DNA from: Chitinophagaceae bacterium
GTDB lineage: Bacteria; Bacteroidota; Bacteroidia; Cytophagales; Cytophagaceae
Length of the DNA: 64,000 bases
Assembly: GCA_028288405.1 (NCBI GenBank)
Contig: JAQBNS010000034.1
Coordinates: 27,221-91,220, forward strand
Direction of reading: 5' to 3'
This document shows, in pieces, positions 34,440 through 44,075 of the stretch (its first letter is position 1; every line of letters starts with the position of its first letter). The notes beneath the pieces were generated by a model. It saw nothing but the letters and a program-made list of their open reading frames with translations, was not told the DNA's origin and made no database searches. The translations under genes were made by a program, and so were the position numbers.

Positions 34440-36797
34440 TTAATCATCCCAACGTTTGTTTCTCAATAAAAATCCGGCATGTACTACAAATCCAAATTTA
34501 GATTTTCCTAACGCTTCAGTATCATAATAAGTGGCCTGTACTGCAATAGGACCAAGCACAAAATGATACACAAATCCTCCGGCTGCTATAAAACGAAACT
34601 CCGGCGTACTATTGAAGTATTGTTTGTCGACTCCTACGCCACCCGATGAGGCATTGAAATCAACAGGACTAAGATTATAAAAAGGATGTATCTCGGCTCT
34701 AAAATCTAAATTTTTTCTCAGTGTAAATATGTTGACCAATCCTCCTGCTATAAAATTGGCAGATCTGAAGTCTTCATAATACAATGTATAACTATCCATG
34801 ATCGGCATAAATGGTTTGGCATAAAATGCCGAGGCTTTATGATTGAAAAACAAAGGCTGCGTAGAGAAATAATTCTTCGAGAACACACCCACTGTATATC
34901 GTTTATGCAAACGAAAATACTTGCCCACCTTGATTTGCAAGGCCACCCAGGTTCTTCCTGCTTCTTCCTTGTGTCCTTTTTCCCAGTTCAAACCGGAGAT
35001 TTGTTTCTCCAATGTTCCCGGTTCGAAGCGTTCAAGTCCGGCATAATAATTCAAATCGATATTGAAAAAATAACCACTCGACGCATATTGAATACGATTG
35101 GTTTTACTGTTTTCATATTCTATACGTCCCTGAAATAAATGGATCTTAGAATAGCTCAGCGTATCGCCTTGATTCAATGCAGAAATAATACTGTAATTAG
35201 ATTCCGAACCAATGTAAGCCGCACTGATACCGGCTATCCCTTTTTTACGTACTGCTTTACGTAAACTGATTTTAGCATTGATCTCATTTTGTTTCAGGAC
35301 AGATTGGTTCTCCGTACGCAGCAACAATAAATTACTGGTTTGATAATAATCCCATTTGTTATAAGTAAATGAGGTTTCCAAAAATGTCGTGCGGTAAGTA
35401 TGGAAATAGATACGTGCACGTGTATGGTTAGAAATATAAAACACACCGATGTAACCATTGGAGTAGAAGTTATGCCTTCTCCTGAAAAAGAAATCCTTCT
35501 CTACACTTAGAAACAAATAGCTGATCGGACGGTTAGAAATCACACCACCCAAGCCAATTTTGAGATCGTTGTTGTGTTTAAGGTTGAGATGAAACTGATA
35601 AGTAGATGTTTTTTTATTATAAGTAAGAGTAGGAGCAAAATGATCGTACGCAGTAGACTGTTCCAATATGAAATATCCATTGCGAATGGATTTCATCGCA
35701 TAATGACCGGATGTATCCGGTTTGAAAAATTTTTCTAATTCTCCGGCGTTTTTAAAACCTCTTACTTCTACTTTATCAATCACATAATCTTTTTCTTCTT
35801 TCAGAAAAGCAGCTCTTCGAGTACCATAATAAAGGCTATCTCTACGTTCGGCAATGGCGGCTTTGATTCGTGGCATCTTCGCCATCGTACTTTTATAACC
35901 CGCGTCAATCAAGCCTTGCGCTTCCGAAAATTCCATAGAACTGTACGCACTCAGTTCCGGTTGAATATAGACATCATTAGAATCCAGCTGGATCGTATCG
36001 CTTCTCGACAACAACAAATAACTGAGTAAACGCGTATCGACAAAACGATCCGCATCCTTGTAGGGGTATTCACTGAAGACTTTATCCGATACGTTAAAAC
36101 CTAAAACAACATCCGGCTTGAAAATATCTTTGGCCGTTTGTACAGGAAAATTATTGTACAAGCCTCCGTCAAAAAGATAAACCGAATCAATTTTTTGCGG
36201 AGAAAAAAACAAAGGCACTGCCATTGTTGCCCGAAGCGCTTCATTGAGATTACCTCTGCTGATGATCACTTCTTTCTGCATGAAAATTTCAGAGGTGACG
36301 CAACGAAAAGGGATTACAAGACTATCAAAATTATTATTGGCTTTGGCTGAAGCTCTGGACAGTTCATCCATCAAAGCCAGCCGCAGGCAATGGTCTTTTA
36401 TAAGTGTATTGGCTTTAATGCTTGTAGACGAAATTGTATCAAAGCCTACCCGAAAATTCACAATGGCTGGATCTTTGTCTTCCTGGTAAATTCTGATCTT
36501 ATCACCTTCTTCCAATTCGCCTTTCACCCAGTTTTGAAAGCGTTGAGATACGACCAGTTCTTCCATTTCCCGGGGGCTGTATCCCGCAGCATAAAAGCCG
36601 CCGACCAATCCGCCCATAGAAGTTCCAACAATGTAGTCAATCGGAATTCCATTTTCTTCTAATGCTTTCAGTGCACCGATGTATGCCAGTCCTTTCGCAC
36701 CGCCTCCGCTCAATACAATAGCTACACGTTGTCCGTACGATATACTGGACAAAAGTACCTGCGTACAAAAAATAAAAAATAAAGCCTGTCTTTTCAC
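34440..36797 (-). CDS. patatin-like phospholipase fused to a C-terminal outer-membrane beta-barrel (type Vd-like architecture)
   Basis: Signal peptide. GGGAKG oxyanion motif, GTSMGG lipase serine motif, DGG. About 450 aa C-terminal region with beta-barrel character, ending in an aromatic-rich terminus. Confidence 0.8.
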   Translation of the reverse strand: MKRQALFFIFCTQVLLSSISYGQRVAIVLSGGGAKGLAYIGALKALEENGIPIDYIVGTSMGGLVGGFYAAGYSPREMEELVVSQRFQNWVKGELEEGDKIRIYQEDKDPAIVNFRVGFDTISSTSIKANTLIKDHCLRLALMDELSRASAKANNNFDSLVIPFRCVTSEIFMQKEVIISRGNLNEALRATMAVPLFFSPQKIDSVYLFDGGLYNNFPVQTAKDIFKPDVVLGFNVSDKVFSEYPYKDADRFVDTRLLSYLLLSRSDTIQLDSNDVYIQPELSAYSSMEFSEAQGLIDAGYKSTMAKMPRIKAAIAERRDSLYYGTRRAAFLKEEKDYVIDKVEVRGFKNAGELEKFFKPDTSGHYAMKSIRNGYFILEQSTAYDHFAPTLTYNKKTSTYQFHLNLKHNNDLKIGLGGVISNRPISYLFLSVEKDFFFRRRHNFYSNGYIGVFYISNHTRARIYFHTYRTTFLETSFTYNKWDYYQTSNLLLLRTENQSVLKQNEINAKISLRKAVRKKGIAGISAAYIGSESNYSIISALNQGDTLSYSKIHLFQGRIEYENSKTNRIQYASSGYFFNIDLNYYAGLERFEPGTLEKQISGLNWEKGHKEEAGRTWVALQIKVGKYFRLHKRYTVGVFSKNYFSTQPLFFNHKASAFYAKPFMPIMDSYTLYYEDFRSANFIAGGLVNIFTLRKNLDFRAEIHPFYNLSPVDFNASSGGVGVDKQYFNSTPEFRFIAAGGFVYHFVLGPIAVQATYYDTEALGKSKFGFVVHAGFLLRNKRWDD

Positions 36798-36850
36798 GCC
36801 CCTAATTTACGGAATGTGAACGACAGGCTTCTATGAAATCTGTTTTTTAC

Positions 36851-37135
36851 TTATGCAAGCATTGTAACTGGTTGAAACTCCTTTTCGAAGTTTTCCAGTT
36901 CCAATCCTGTTGCTTCTTGTATAGAAATCAAATCAATGAGTTTAGCCAATTGCTTGATGGCTTGCTCTTTCTTTTCTTCTTCTCCTTTAACACGGATATT
37001 TAGGAAAGTTCTGCCTTGGGATTCAAACGTTTCCAATGCTTCCAATACAAACCCTCTGCGTTCCAATACCAATCCTGCTCTTAACAATACGCCTTGAGTT
37101 TGGATGATTTCTGCTACAAAATGAATGTTTTTCAT
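36851..37135 (-). CDS. ilvN: acetolactate synthase small (regulatory) subunit, short ACT-only form
   Basis: 94 aa ACT-domain pattern (GVLLRAGLVLERRGFVLEAL...NIRVKGEE...IKQLAKLIDL), 55 nt downstream of ilvB. Confidence 0.65.
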   Translation of the reverse strand: MKNIHFVAEIIQTQGVLLRAGLVLERRGFVLEALETFESQGRTFLNIRVKGEEEKKEQAIKQLAKLIDLISIQEATGLELENFEKEFQPVTMLA

Positions 37136-37190
37136 ATGTTATTTTTAATGTGTGTAATAGATTTAGAGTCGTTACGGGTGTCGAAATATT

Positions 37191-38909
37191 TTAGGTACTA
37201 CCCTCTGGCATTTCCATTTTCACCGTCGGCGGTTCAAGGATCATATTCTCCAGCGACTGACCGGCAGGAACCATTGGGTAAACATTATCTTCTTTCACTA
37301 CTTCAGCATGAATGACACAAGGTCCATCGTTGTATGCTAATGCAGCTTTTAATACCGATTCCAGATTTTCCACTTTGTCGACATGAAATCCTTTCACACC
37401 ATACGCTTCTCCTAATTTTATGAAATCAGGATTGCCTTCTAAGTCAATACCTGAATAGCGCGAATCCAGAAACAACTCCTGCCATTGACGTACCATACCT
37501 AAGTACTTGTTATCAATGACCAATATCTTAACAGGCAATTTGTGAATAGCCGCTGTTGACAATTCCGCTAACGTCATCTGAAAACCGCCGTCTCCAACTA
37601 TGGCAATCACTAAATCATTCGGCTTGCCCAACTGAGCACCCAATGCAGCAGGGAATCCAAAACCCATCGTACCGGCACCACCTGAAGACAACCAGGTATC
37701 TGCTTTATCACTGAGATAAAATTGCGCTGCCCACATTTGGTGCTGACCAACATCTGTTGTCACAATACCCTTACCTTCCGACAAGCGATAGATTTCATCG
37801 ATCACATACTGTGCACGTAATGGATTACTCTTTTGATAATGCAAGGGGAAATTTCTCTTGAACTCGTTGGTACGACTGATCCATTGTTTACCGTCTTTCG
37901 GTTGAATCAATGGTAACAAAGCTTGTAACACTTCCTTCGCATCGCCGATTGCGTATGCATCCGGTATTACTATTTTTCCAATCTCTGCTGGATCAATGTC
38001 TATGTGTAATTTCTTCGCCTGTGGAGCAAATTTTTTCGGGTTGCCATTTATTCTATCGTCCCAACGAGAACCGATCGAAATGATCAAGTCGCATTCCAAT
38101 ACCGCTTTGTTCGCATACGCTGTACCGTGCATGCCCAACATACCCAGCGACAATTCATGCGTTTCAGGAAAACATCCTTTACCTAATAAAGTATTGGTTA
38201 CCGCCGCATTCATTTTTGTTGCCAACTCCATTACTTCTTCCGAAGCGCCGGCAATCATGGCTCCATGTCCAACCAGCAACAAAGGTCTTTGCGAAGCATT
38301 TAAGTATTCTGCTAATTTTTCTACTGACTCTTTATCTACTGCTCTGTGAGCTACATAGCCTGGCGTATAAGGCTTAGCATCAAAATCACCGGTAAAAGGC
38401 GCAGAGGTAATATCTTTTGGAAGGTCTACCAACACAGGTCCCGGTCTACCGGTTGTGCTGATCATAAATGCTTCCCGTACAATGCGAGGAATATCAGCCG
38501 TATTACGAACCAGGTAATTGTGCTTCACCACCGGAAGACTTAAGCCAAACGTATCTGCTTCCTGGAAAGCATCCATACCCAACAAAGGAGTAATGGTTTG
38601 TCCCGTCAATACAATCATTGGAACAGAATCCATTTGAGCAGTCAACATGCCGGTTACAGCATTCGTTGCACCCGGACCACTTGTTACCAGCACCACACCC
38701 GGCTTGCCAGTCACACGAGCATAACCATCTGCCATGTGTGTAGCACCCTGTTCGTGACGAGTGATAATCAATTTGATAGAAGAGTCATACAAAGCATCAA
38801 ACACCGGCAACACTGCACCTCCAATATATCCAAAGACATATTCCACTCCCATGCTTTCCAAGCATTTGACTAAGGCTGCTGCACCGTTCATTTTAACTGC
38901 TGACGACAT
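37191..38909 (-). CDS. ilvB: acetolactate synthase large subunit (biosynthetic type)
   Basis: Start [14 protein letters not shown] at 38909. ThDP enzyme motifs ([21 protein letters not shown]). The 38910-38933 extension would run over the promoter motif. Confidence 0.9.
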   Translation of the reverse strand: MSSAVKMNGAAALVKCLESMGVEYVFGYIGGAVLPVFDALYDSSIKLIITRHEQGATHMADGYARVTGKPGVVLVTSGPGATNAVTGMLTAQMDSVPMIVLTGQTITPLLGMDAFQEADTFGLSLPVVKHNYLVRNTADIPRIVREAFMISTTGRPGPVLVDLPKDITSAPFTGDFDAKPYTPGYVAHRAVDKESVEKLAEYLNASQRPLLLVGHGAMIAGASEEVMELATKMNAAVTNTLLGKGCFPETHELSLGMLGMHGTAYANKAVLECDLIISIGSRWDDRINGNPKKFAPQAKKLHIDIDPAEIGKIVIPDAYAIGDAKEVLQALLPLIQPKDGKQWISRTNEFKRNFPLHYQKSNPLRAQYVIDEIYRLSEGKGIVTTDVGQHQMWAAQFYLSDKADTWLSSGGAGTMGFGFPAALGAQLGKPNDLVIAIVGDGGFQMTLAELSTAAIHKLPVKILVIDNKYLGMVRQWQELFLDSRYSGIDLEGNPDFIKLGEAYGVKGFHVDKVENLESVLKAALAYNDGPCVIHAEVVKEDNVYPMVPAGQSLENMILEPPTVKMEMPEGST

Positions 38910-38930
38910 TTCTTTTAAATTGTTATGAAA

Positions 38931-38938
38931 CAAAGATA
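38931..38938 (-). promoter_or_regulatory. Bacteroidota -7 promoter motif TATCTTTG for ilvB
   Basis: The minus strand reads TATCTTTG, 21 nt upstream of ATG 38909. Confidence 0.4.
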
Positions 38939-39154
38939 TGCGAGTTTCAATGCATTCATAGGGTATTTTTTCTTTTATATACGTTTTTTATCGCCTTAAC
39001 AACAAATATAAATTATTATTAATCAAGTATTTATAATAAATATTGATACGATGGCTAAGCTAAAATACAATAAGGCTATGATATACGGTTTTATAGAACT
39101 ATTTACTATATTTAAACTGTTGAAAAACAGTAGTCTAAAACCAAAAAACTTACG

Positions 39155-40723
39155 GTGTCAAAAAGCAGAAACTTACCGGTTTACGAATTGATTCATTCGC
39201 TCAGCAAAAATGAAAAGCGGCACTTTTCTATGTTGATCGGCAATTCTGGCAATGCAGAAGATAAGAAAGTGGTGAAGCTTTTCAATCATTTGAATAAGGT
39301 AGAGGAGTACGATGAGAGCAAATTGCTGAAGCAAGTTCCCGAAATAAAAGCCGAACAGCTGGCGAATCAGAAAGCTTACCTCTACCAGAAGATTCTTCAA
39401 GCCTTACGTTTATACAATTCACCCAAGATCATTGATTTGCAAATCCGGGAGCAAATTGATTTCGCTCAGATCCTTTTTGAACGCAGACTATACAGTCAAG
39501 GGCTTTCTGCTTTAAAGAAAGCTCGTAAACTGGCAGCCTTACAGGAAAACCTGGAACAACAATTAGAGATTCTTAAAATGGAGCGTGGTGTCTTATTGCA
39601 AACCATCGGTCCTGATTTGGAAGAACGCGTAGATGCGCTGATCCATGATGTGCGCTTACTCAGCCAGCGCATCAACAACATACAAACCTTTGCCAACTTG
39701 TCCATCAAGCTTAACTCTTTCTATACCCGATTAGGGTTTATTCGTGACGAACAAGATTACACCCGTGTAAAAGAATATTTCTACAATAATTTACCGGCCT
39801 ATCAGGAAGAAGATTTATCATTGAGTGAGAAGATTCACTTGTACCGTTTGTTTGCCGGTTATTTTCTTTTCACACAGGATTTTGAAAACGGACACCTTTT
39901 TGCGCATAAACTCGTGCAGTTGTTTGATGAGAACCCTCACATCATCAACTCTTCGCTGGAAGCCTACATTAAAGCATTGAACCAACTGTTGATCGTTGAG
40001 CACCGTTTGTTTCGCTACGTAGAGTTTGTGCAAACCAACCGCAAGCTGCATTCCATCAGCCGCAATCCTTCCTTTCACATCAATGAAAGCATGCGGATCA
40101 CTTTGCTCAAGTACTATTACATGCACGAGATCAATCGCTATTTCATGACAGGCAGGTTCGATGAAGGCTTGACGAAAGTAGTGGATGAACACCAAAAAGA
40201 ATTGAATGAGCTGATTGATTTATTAGACTTACATTCTTCACTCGTATTGACCTATAAGATCGCTTGTATGTACCTCGGTGCTAGTAATTATAAGATGACC
40301 ATCAAATGGCTCAATCGAATTGTGAATCAACCGGTCGTAGATATACGGGAAGACATCCACTCTTTCGCGCGGATTATCAATTTGATTTGTCACTACGAAT
40401 TAGGCAACTATGACATCATCAATCACTACATTATTTCTACCTATCGCTTTTTATTAAAGAAAGACGATTTGCACTTGTTTCAAAAATTCATTTTGAACTT
40501 CTTGAAAAATTTAAGTACAGAAGTAGAAGAAGAAGATTTGATGGAACGTTTCGTAAAACTGAAATCGCAAATGTTGCTACTTGTTAACAGCGCCTACGAA
40601 AAACGTGCTTTCATTTACTTTGACATCATCTCTTGGCTGGAAAGTAAAATCGAAAAACGCCCGGTGCAGGATATTATTCAACAAAAAGCCAATGAAAAAT
40701 TTGGCCGAAAGACTACCAAATAG
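39155..40723 (+). CDS. hypothetical all-helical (TPR-like) protein
   Basis: 522 aa ORF whose only possible start is GTG 39155 (in-frame TAG at 39131). Helical-repeat-like composition; no motif recognised. Confidence 0.55.
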   Translation: MSKSRNLPVYELIHSLSKNEKRHFSMLIGNSGNAEDKKVVKLFNHLNKVEEYDESKLLKQVPEIKAEQLANQKAYLYQKILQALRLYNSPKIIDLQIREQIDFAQILFERRLYSQGLSALKKARKLAALQENLEQQLEILKMERGVLLQTIGPDLEERVDALIHDVRLLSQRINNIQTFANLSIKLNSFYTRLGFIRDEQDYTRVKEYFYNNLPAYQEEDLSLSEKIHLYRLFAGYFLFTQDFENGHLFAHKLVQLFDENPHIINSSLEAYIKALNQLLIVEHRLFRYVEFVQTNRKLHSISRNPSFHINESMRITLLKYYYMHEINRYFMTGRFDEGLTKVVDEHQKELNELIDLLDLHSSLVLTYKIACMYLGASNYKMTIKWLNRIVNQPVVDIREDIHSFARIINLICHYELGNYDIINHYIISTYRFLLKKDDLHLFQKFILNFLKNLSTEVEEEDLMERFVKLKSQMLLLVNSAYEKRAFIYFDIISWLESKIEKRPVQDIIQQKANEKFGRKTTK

Positions 40724-40725
40724 TC

Positions 40726-41781
40726 TTAATTCAAAACCTTTACAGACACGCTCGCATTCTGACCGGTAGTAGAACCGACACCGCCAATAGTGGTGGTAGT
40801 GGCTGTAGAGTTCACTTTGATAAGACCTTTTTTCCCTTGCTGTGTTTGGAAAACATATACGCCATTTGTAAGGGCTTCAATGCTCTTCTTCGTCGGATTA
40901 GGCAACGCAAGAAGTGTTGAAGTCGTGATGCTATCAAACACAGTAGTACCTGAATAGGCATCGAAATAAGTTGTGTTTGGAGTTTCCAGCGTCGGCAATA
41001 CAAAATCGGTTTGCCCGCTCACTGCAGGATTGGCGAGCGTAACATCCGCAGGAGAATACAACCAAAGACTTGTATTGTTATTGTCTTTTTTACCCGAAGT
41101 CAGAGTGACCAATTGGATATCCGCAGATTGGGGAGACTGCGCATAAGCGGTTGAATCCATAGCGACAATCTGAGTACTTGTAGCGATAAAGCTGCCATAG
41201 TTTCTTGACGATTGACTGCCTAAATACGTTGTGCCAATGGTGTAGGTATCCGGAAGAGATACCGGTTTGTAAAGCAAATTAAACGTTGCTGTGCCTAATG
41301 TTCTTTTATAAGTTGGTCTGGTGAATGATCCAATGCTGTCAGTAATCCATACTTTATAAACATCATTCAACGCAACACTGGTATTGCGAACGCTCACAAA
41401 TATATCTATCGTAAAACTGGTAAGATCCGGCACTTTCAAGGAAAAGGTACTTGAATTTCCTCCTGCAAAAGTTCCGAATTCATTGACGGTAGTAGGAACC
41501 GGTAGTGGTAAAAACGCCCCGTTATCTGTAGCGTATACTATGTAAATATACTTAGCTGCTGTGGCTCCTGTCACATCCAATCTTAACTTCACCACTTCAC
41601 TGCCTGCTTTTACAGAATCGACAACATTCACTTTACCCATATTAATTGTGTTGATCACAGAAGTATAAACCTTGGCATTCGGATGCCCGTCGGGTATTGG
41701 ATCTTTAGAAACAGTGCATGCTGTCAACAATGATCCTAAGCAGACCCATAACATAACAAAACCGTTTCCTGATAAACTCAT
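40726..41781 (-). CDS. lipoprotein, distant member of the tandem lipoprotein family
   Basis: Lipobox LLTAC. Shares architecture motifs with the three upstream paralogs (KYIYIVYATDNGAF vs RLYVYVKKDNGAY; NGVYVFQTQQGKKGLIKV vs GDVYIAKLKGGSNYAVLKI). Confidence 0.6.
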   Translation of the reverse strand: MSLSGNGFVMLWVCLGSLLTACTVSKDPIPDGHPNAKVYTSVINTINMGKVNVVDSVKAGSEVVKLRLDVTGATAAKYIYIVYATDNGAFLPLPVPTTVNEFGTFAGGNSSTFSLKVPDLTSFTIDIFVSVRNTSVALNDVYKVWITDSIGSFTRPTYKRTLGTATFNLLYKPVSLPDTYTIGTTYLGSQSSRNYGSFIATSTQIVAMDSTAYAQSPQSADIQLVTLTSGKKDNNNTSLWLYSPADVTLANPAVSGQTDFVLPTLETPNTTYFDAYSGTTVFDSITTSTLLALPNPTKKSIEALTNGVYVFQTQQGKKGLIKVNSTATTTTIGGVGSTTGQNASVSVKVLN

Positions 41782-41844
41782 GATAGTAATTAGTCTAAAA
41801 CATTATAATAGTAAAGATATAAAAAATATGTTTACAAAATTAGC

Positions 41845-41876
41845 CAAAAAAAGGGCCTTCATAAGAAGGCCCTTTC
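41845..41876 (-). terminator. intrinsic terminator
   Basis: aagggccttc-ataa-gaaggccctt. The minus strand is followed by a run of 8 U. Confidence 0.85.
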
Positions 41877-41900
41877 TAACTCATTTATCTGTAGTAGTTG

Positions 41901-42875
41901 TTAGTATTTGTATACTTCAAACTCGATGTAATCATTGTTGCCTGCACCGTCAAAGACGTTTGTTATTTTAAGCACAGCATAATTAGAGCCGCCTTTTAAC
42001 TTAGCGATGTAAACATCACCCGTTGCAACACCTGACACAGTGCTAGTAGAAGAACCGCCGTTATTGTATGCTGTTATCGTACTGTTCATGTTAGCGTTTG
42101 TAAATACAAAAGCATTGCTTTTTATAAACGTCGTGCTGTTTTGACCAATCCATCCGTTGCTGAAAGAACCACTAGAGCCGCAATTAGTAGCAGTACCTAA
42201 CATGTTAACAGCATCTGCATTCGTTCCCGTAACCGTAATAGCGCCGGTGATTGAATTTACGCTTGTTGTTACTCCTGCTAATGCTTCAATGTTATAAGCC
42301 GCATTGTTGCCAGTACTTGCGCATATGCTGTACAGTTTTTGGCCAGACTTCACTAACTCAAGCGGGTTATATCGTACTGTAATTTTACCTGGACCCAGCT
42401 TAACGTTGGTCTGATTGTTTATATCAAAAGCTGAACCTGATGTAAAGAAGAAATAGTACTCATCTGTTACTCTAGAAGTATTCGTTTCAACCGAAGGAGA
42501 CATATCCAATGTAAAGTTATTCCTGTTAGCATTTGGAATGTCGTAGTAATACTGGTCATTGCCATCCGTTGTAAAACCTGTAAATCCAACAGATTGGTAA
42601 GCACCGTTATCTTTCTTTACATAAACATATAAGCGACTCATGTCATTGTTGGTAGCAGTAACGGCTGTTACTTGCATCAAAACCGATCCGCGGTCATTTT
42701 TTACTCCAATTGTATTAGTTGCTCCACCAGTACCATCCGTTTCATTCATGGTTACTTTAACGTCTGGATTAGATGATGGAACAGGATCATCTGATTTTTT
42801 ACAAGAAGACAAAACAACTGTTGCTCCTATAAATAAAAGGGACGCATAATTCATTAGTTTTTTCATTGCTATCAT
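41901..42875 (-). CDS. tandem-family surface-lipoprotein candidate (paralog A)
   Basis: Lipobox LSSC followed by KKSDDPVP. Start may be MKKLMNY at 42866. Confidence 0.65.
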   Translation of the reverse strand: MIAMKKLMNYASLLFIGATVVLSSCKKSDDPVPSSNPDVKVTMNETDGTGGATNTIGVKNDRGSVLMQVTAVTATNNDMSRLYVYVKKDNGAYQSVGFTGFTTDGNDQYYYDIPNANRNNFTLDMSPSVETNTSRVTDEYYFFFTSGSAFDINNQTNVKLGPGKITVRYNPLELVKSGQKLYSICASTGNNAAYNIEALAGVTTSVNSITGAITVTGTNADAVNMLGTATNCGSSGSFSNGWIGQNSTTFIKSNAFVFTNANMNSTITAYNNGGSSTSTVSGVATGDVYIAKLKGGSNYAVLKITNVFDGAGNNDYIEFEVYKY

Positions 42876-42977
42876 TCGTTTAGATTAACATTAAATTAAG
42901 CAGGGAATCAAGATAGCAATTCAGCATTTCACTTTTGAAAAATTGTAGAAAAAAATCCTCTTTATAAAAAGCATAAA

Positions 42978-43022
42978 AACAAAAAGGCCTATCTATCAAT
43001 GAATTGAAGATAGGCCTTTTTG
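42978..43022 (-). terminator. intrinsic terminator (bidirectional shape)
   Basis: aaaggcctatct / agataggccttt with flanking A and T runs. Confidence 0.85.
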
Positions 43023-43033
43023 AAAGTGTGAAC

Positions 43034-43987
43034 TTATTTCTTCACGTCAAATACGTAATTGTCATCATTATCAGATGTTGTGCTATTTACTGCAGTAATT
43101 CTTATTACTGCATAATTACCTGCACCTCTAACGTTCGCAACATAAATATCACCAACTGATACTCCTGTCACAGTAGATACTGCTGTTCCGCTAGTATAGG
43201 TAGTGGTAGCAAGGTTACGTGTAGCATTAGAATAATCAAAGCTAGAACCTGCCTTTACGAAAGTTGTACCATTTTGACCTACCCAGCCATTAAATGTACC
43301 ACAGGCCGCAATACCTGTTTGTTGCGCGAAATCAGCACCACTGCCTACAGTGATTATTCCGGTTCCTTGAGCGGCTGTAGCAGAGACGCCTGATAAAGTT
43401 TGAAGGTTATAAGCAGATGGGAATTGACTTGAACAGATGTTATACAATTTTTGATCTGCTTTGCTGGTTGATAAATCTACATCATAGATCAATGTGATAG
43501 TTCCTGGACCGATAATCACATTAGATCCTGGAGACAAGACGTTGAAATCATTCGCCTTTGTAAAGTAGAATTGATACAAATCAGTAATTCTGTTTGTATT
43601 GGAAGAAACATTTACACGACGTTTAATAGTGAAATTGTTTCTGCTGTCATTCGGAATATCATAATAGTAATTGTTGTTACCATCTTGCTTAAATCCGTCA
43701 AGACCGATGTTTGTTGTTGTTCCACCATCTTCAGTCTTATAAACATACAAGCGTTTCATGTCATTGCTTGTTGTTGTTATAGCAGTCACTTCTAAAACTG
43801 CAGAACCCTGTGTGTTTTTTACAGTCAGGTTTTGATTGGCTGTTCCTGTGCCGTTTGTTTGATTCATCGTCAATGACACATCAGGCGTTAAGTTATCCGG
43901 TGTAGGATCATCGCTTTTCTTACAAGATGACAGGACAACAGTAGTGGCAAGTACAGCCACAGATAGGTAATAAGATAGTTTTCTCAT
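43034..43987 (-). CDS. tandem-family surface-lipoprotein candidate (paralog B)
   Basis: LSSC-KKSDDPTP. Shares NDMKRLYVYKTEDGG, YYYDIPNDSRNNFT, GPGTITLIYD, QKLYNICSS and GDIYVANVRGAGNYAVIRIT with paralogs A and C. Confidence 0.65.
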   Translation of the reverse strand: MRKLSYYLSVAVLATTVVLSSCKKSDDPTPDNLTPDVSLTMNQTNGTGTANQNLTVKNTQGSAVLEVTAITTTSNDMKRLYVYKTEDGGTTTNIGLDGFKQDGNNNYYYDIPNDSRNNFTIKRRVNVSSNTNRITDLYQFYFTKANDFNVLSPGSNVIIGPGTITLIYDVDLSTSKADQKLYNICSSQFPSAYNLQTLSGVSATAAQGTGIITVGSGADFAQQTGIAACGTFNGWVGQNGTTFVKAGSSFDYSNATRNLATTTYTSGTAVSTVTGVSVGDIYVANVRGAGNYAVIRITAVNSTTSDNDDNYVFDVKK

Positions 43988-44027
43988 AGTTGTAGTTTGT
44001 TTATGTAAAAAGGAATTGTTTGTTAAA

Positions 44028-44070
44028 AAGGAAAAGGCTTCAACAGGATCTCGTCACCCTGTTGAAGCCT
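44028..44070 (-). terminator. intrinsic terminator
   Basis: aggcttcaacagg / cctgttgaagcct. The minus strand is followed by UUUUCCUUUUU. Confidence 0.8.
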
Positions 44071-44075
44071 GTATA

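Noticed and set aside
38910-39154. Possible Ile/Val/Leu leader peptide or attenuator upstream of ilvB, and a 46 aa ORF starting at 39051 on the plus strand
   Set aside because: The promoter motif sits 21 nt from the ilvB ATG, leaving no room for a leader. The plus-strand mini-ORF overlaps the start of the 522 aa gene out of frame and has no supporting signal.
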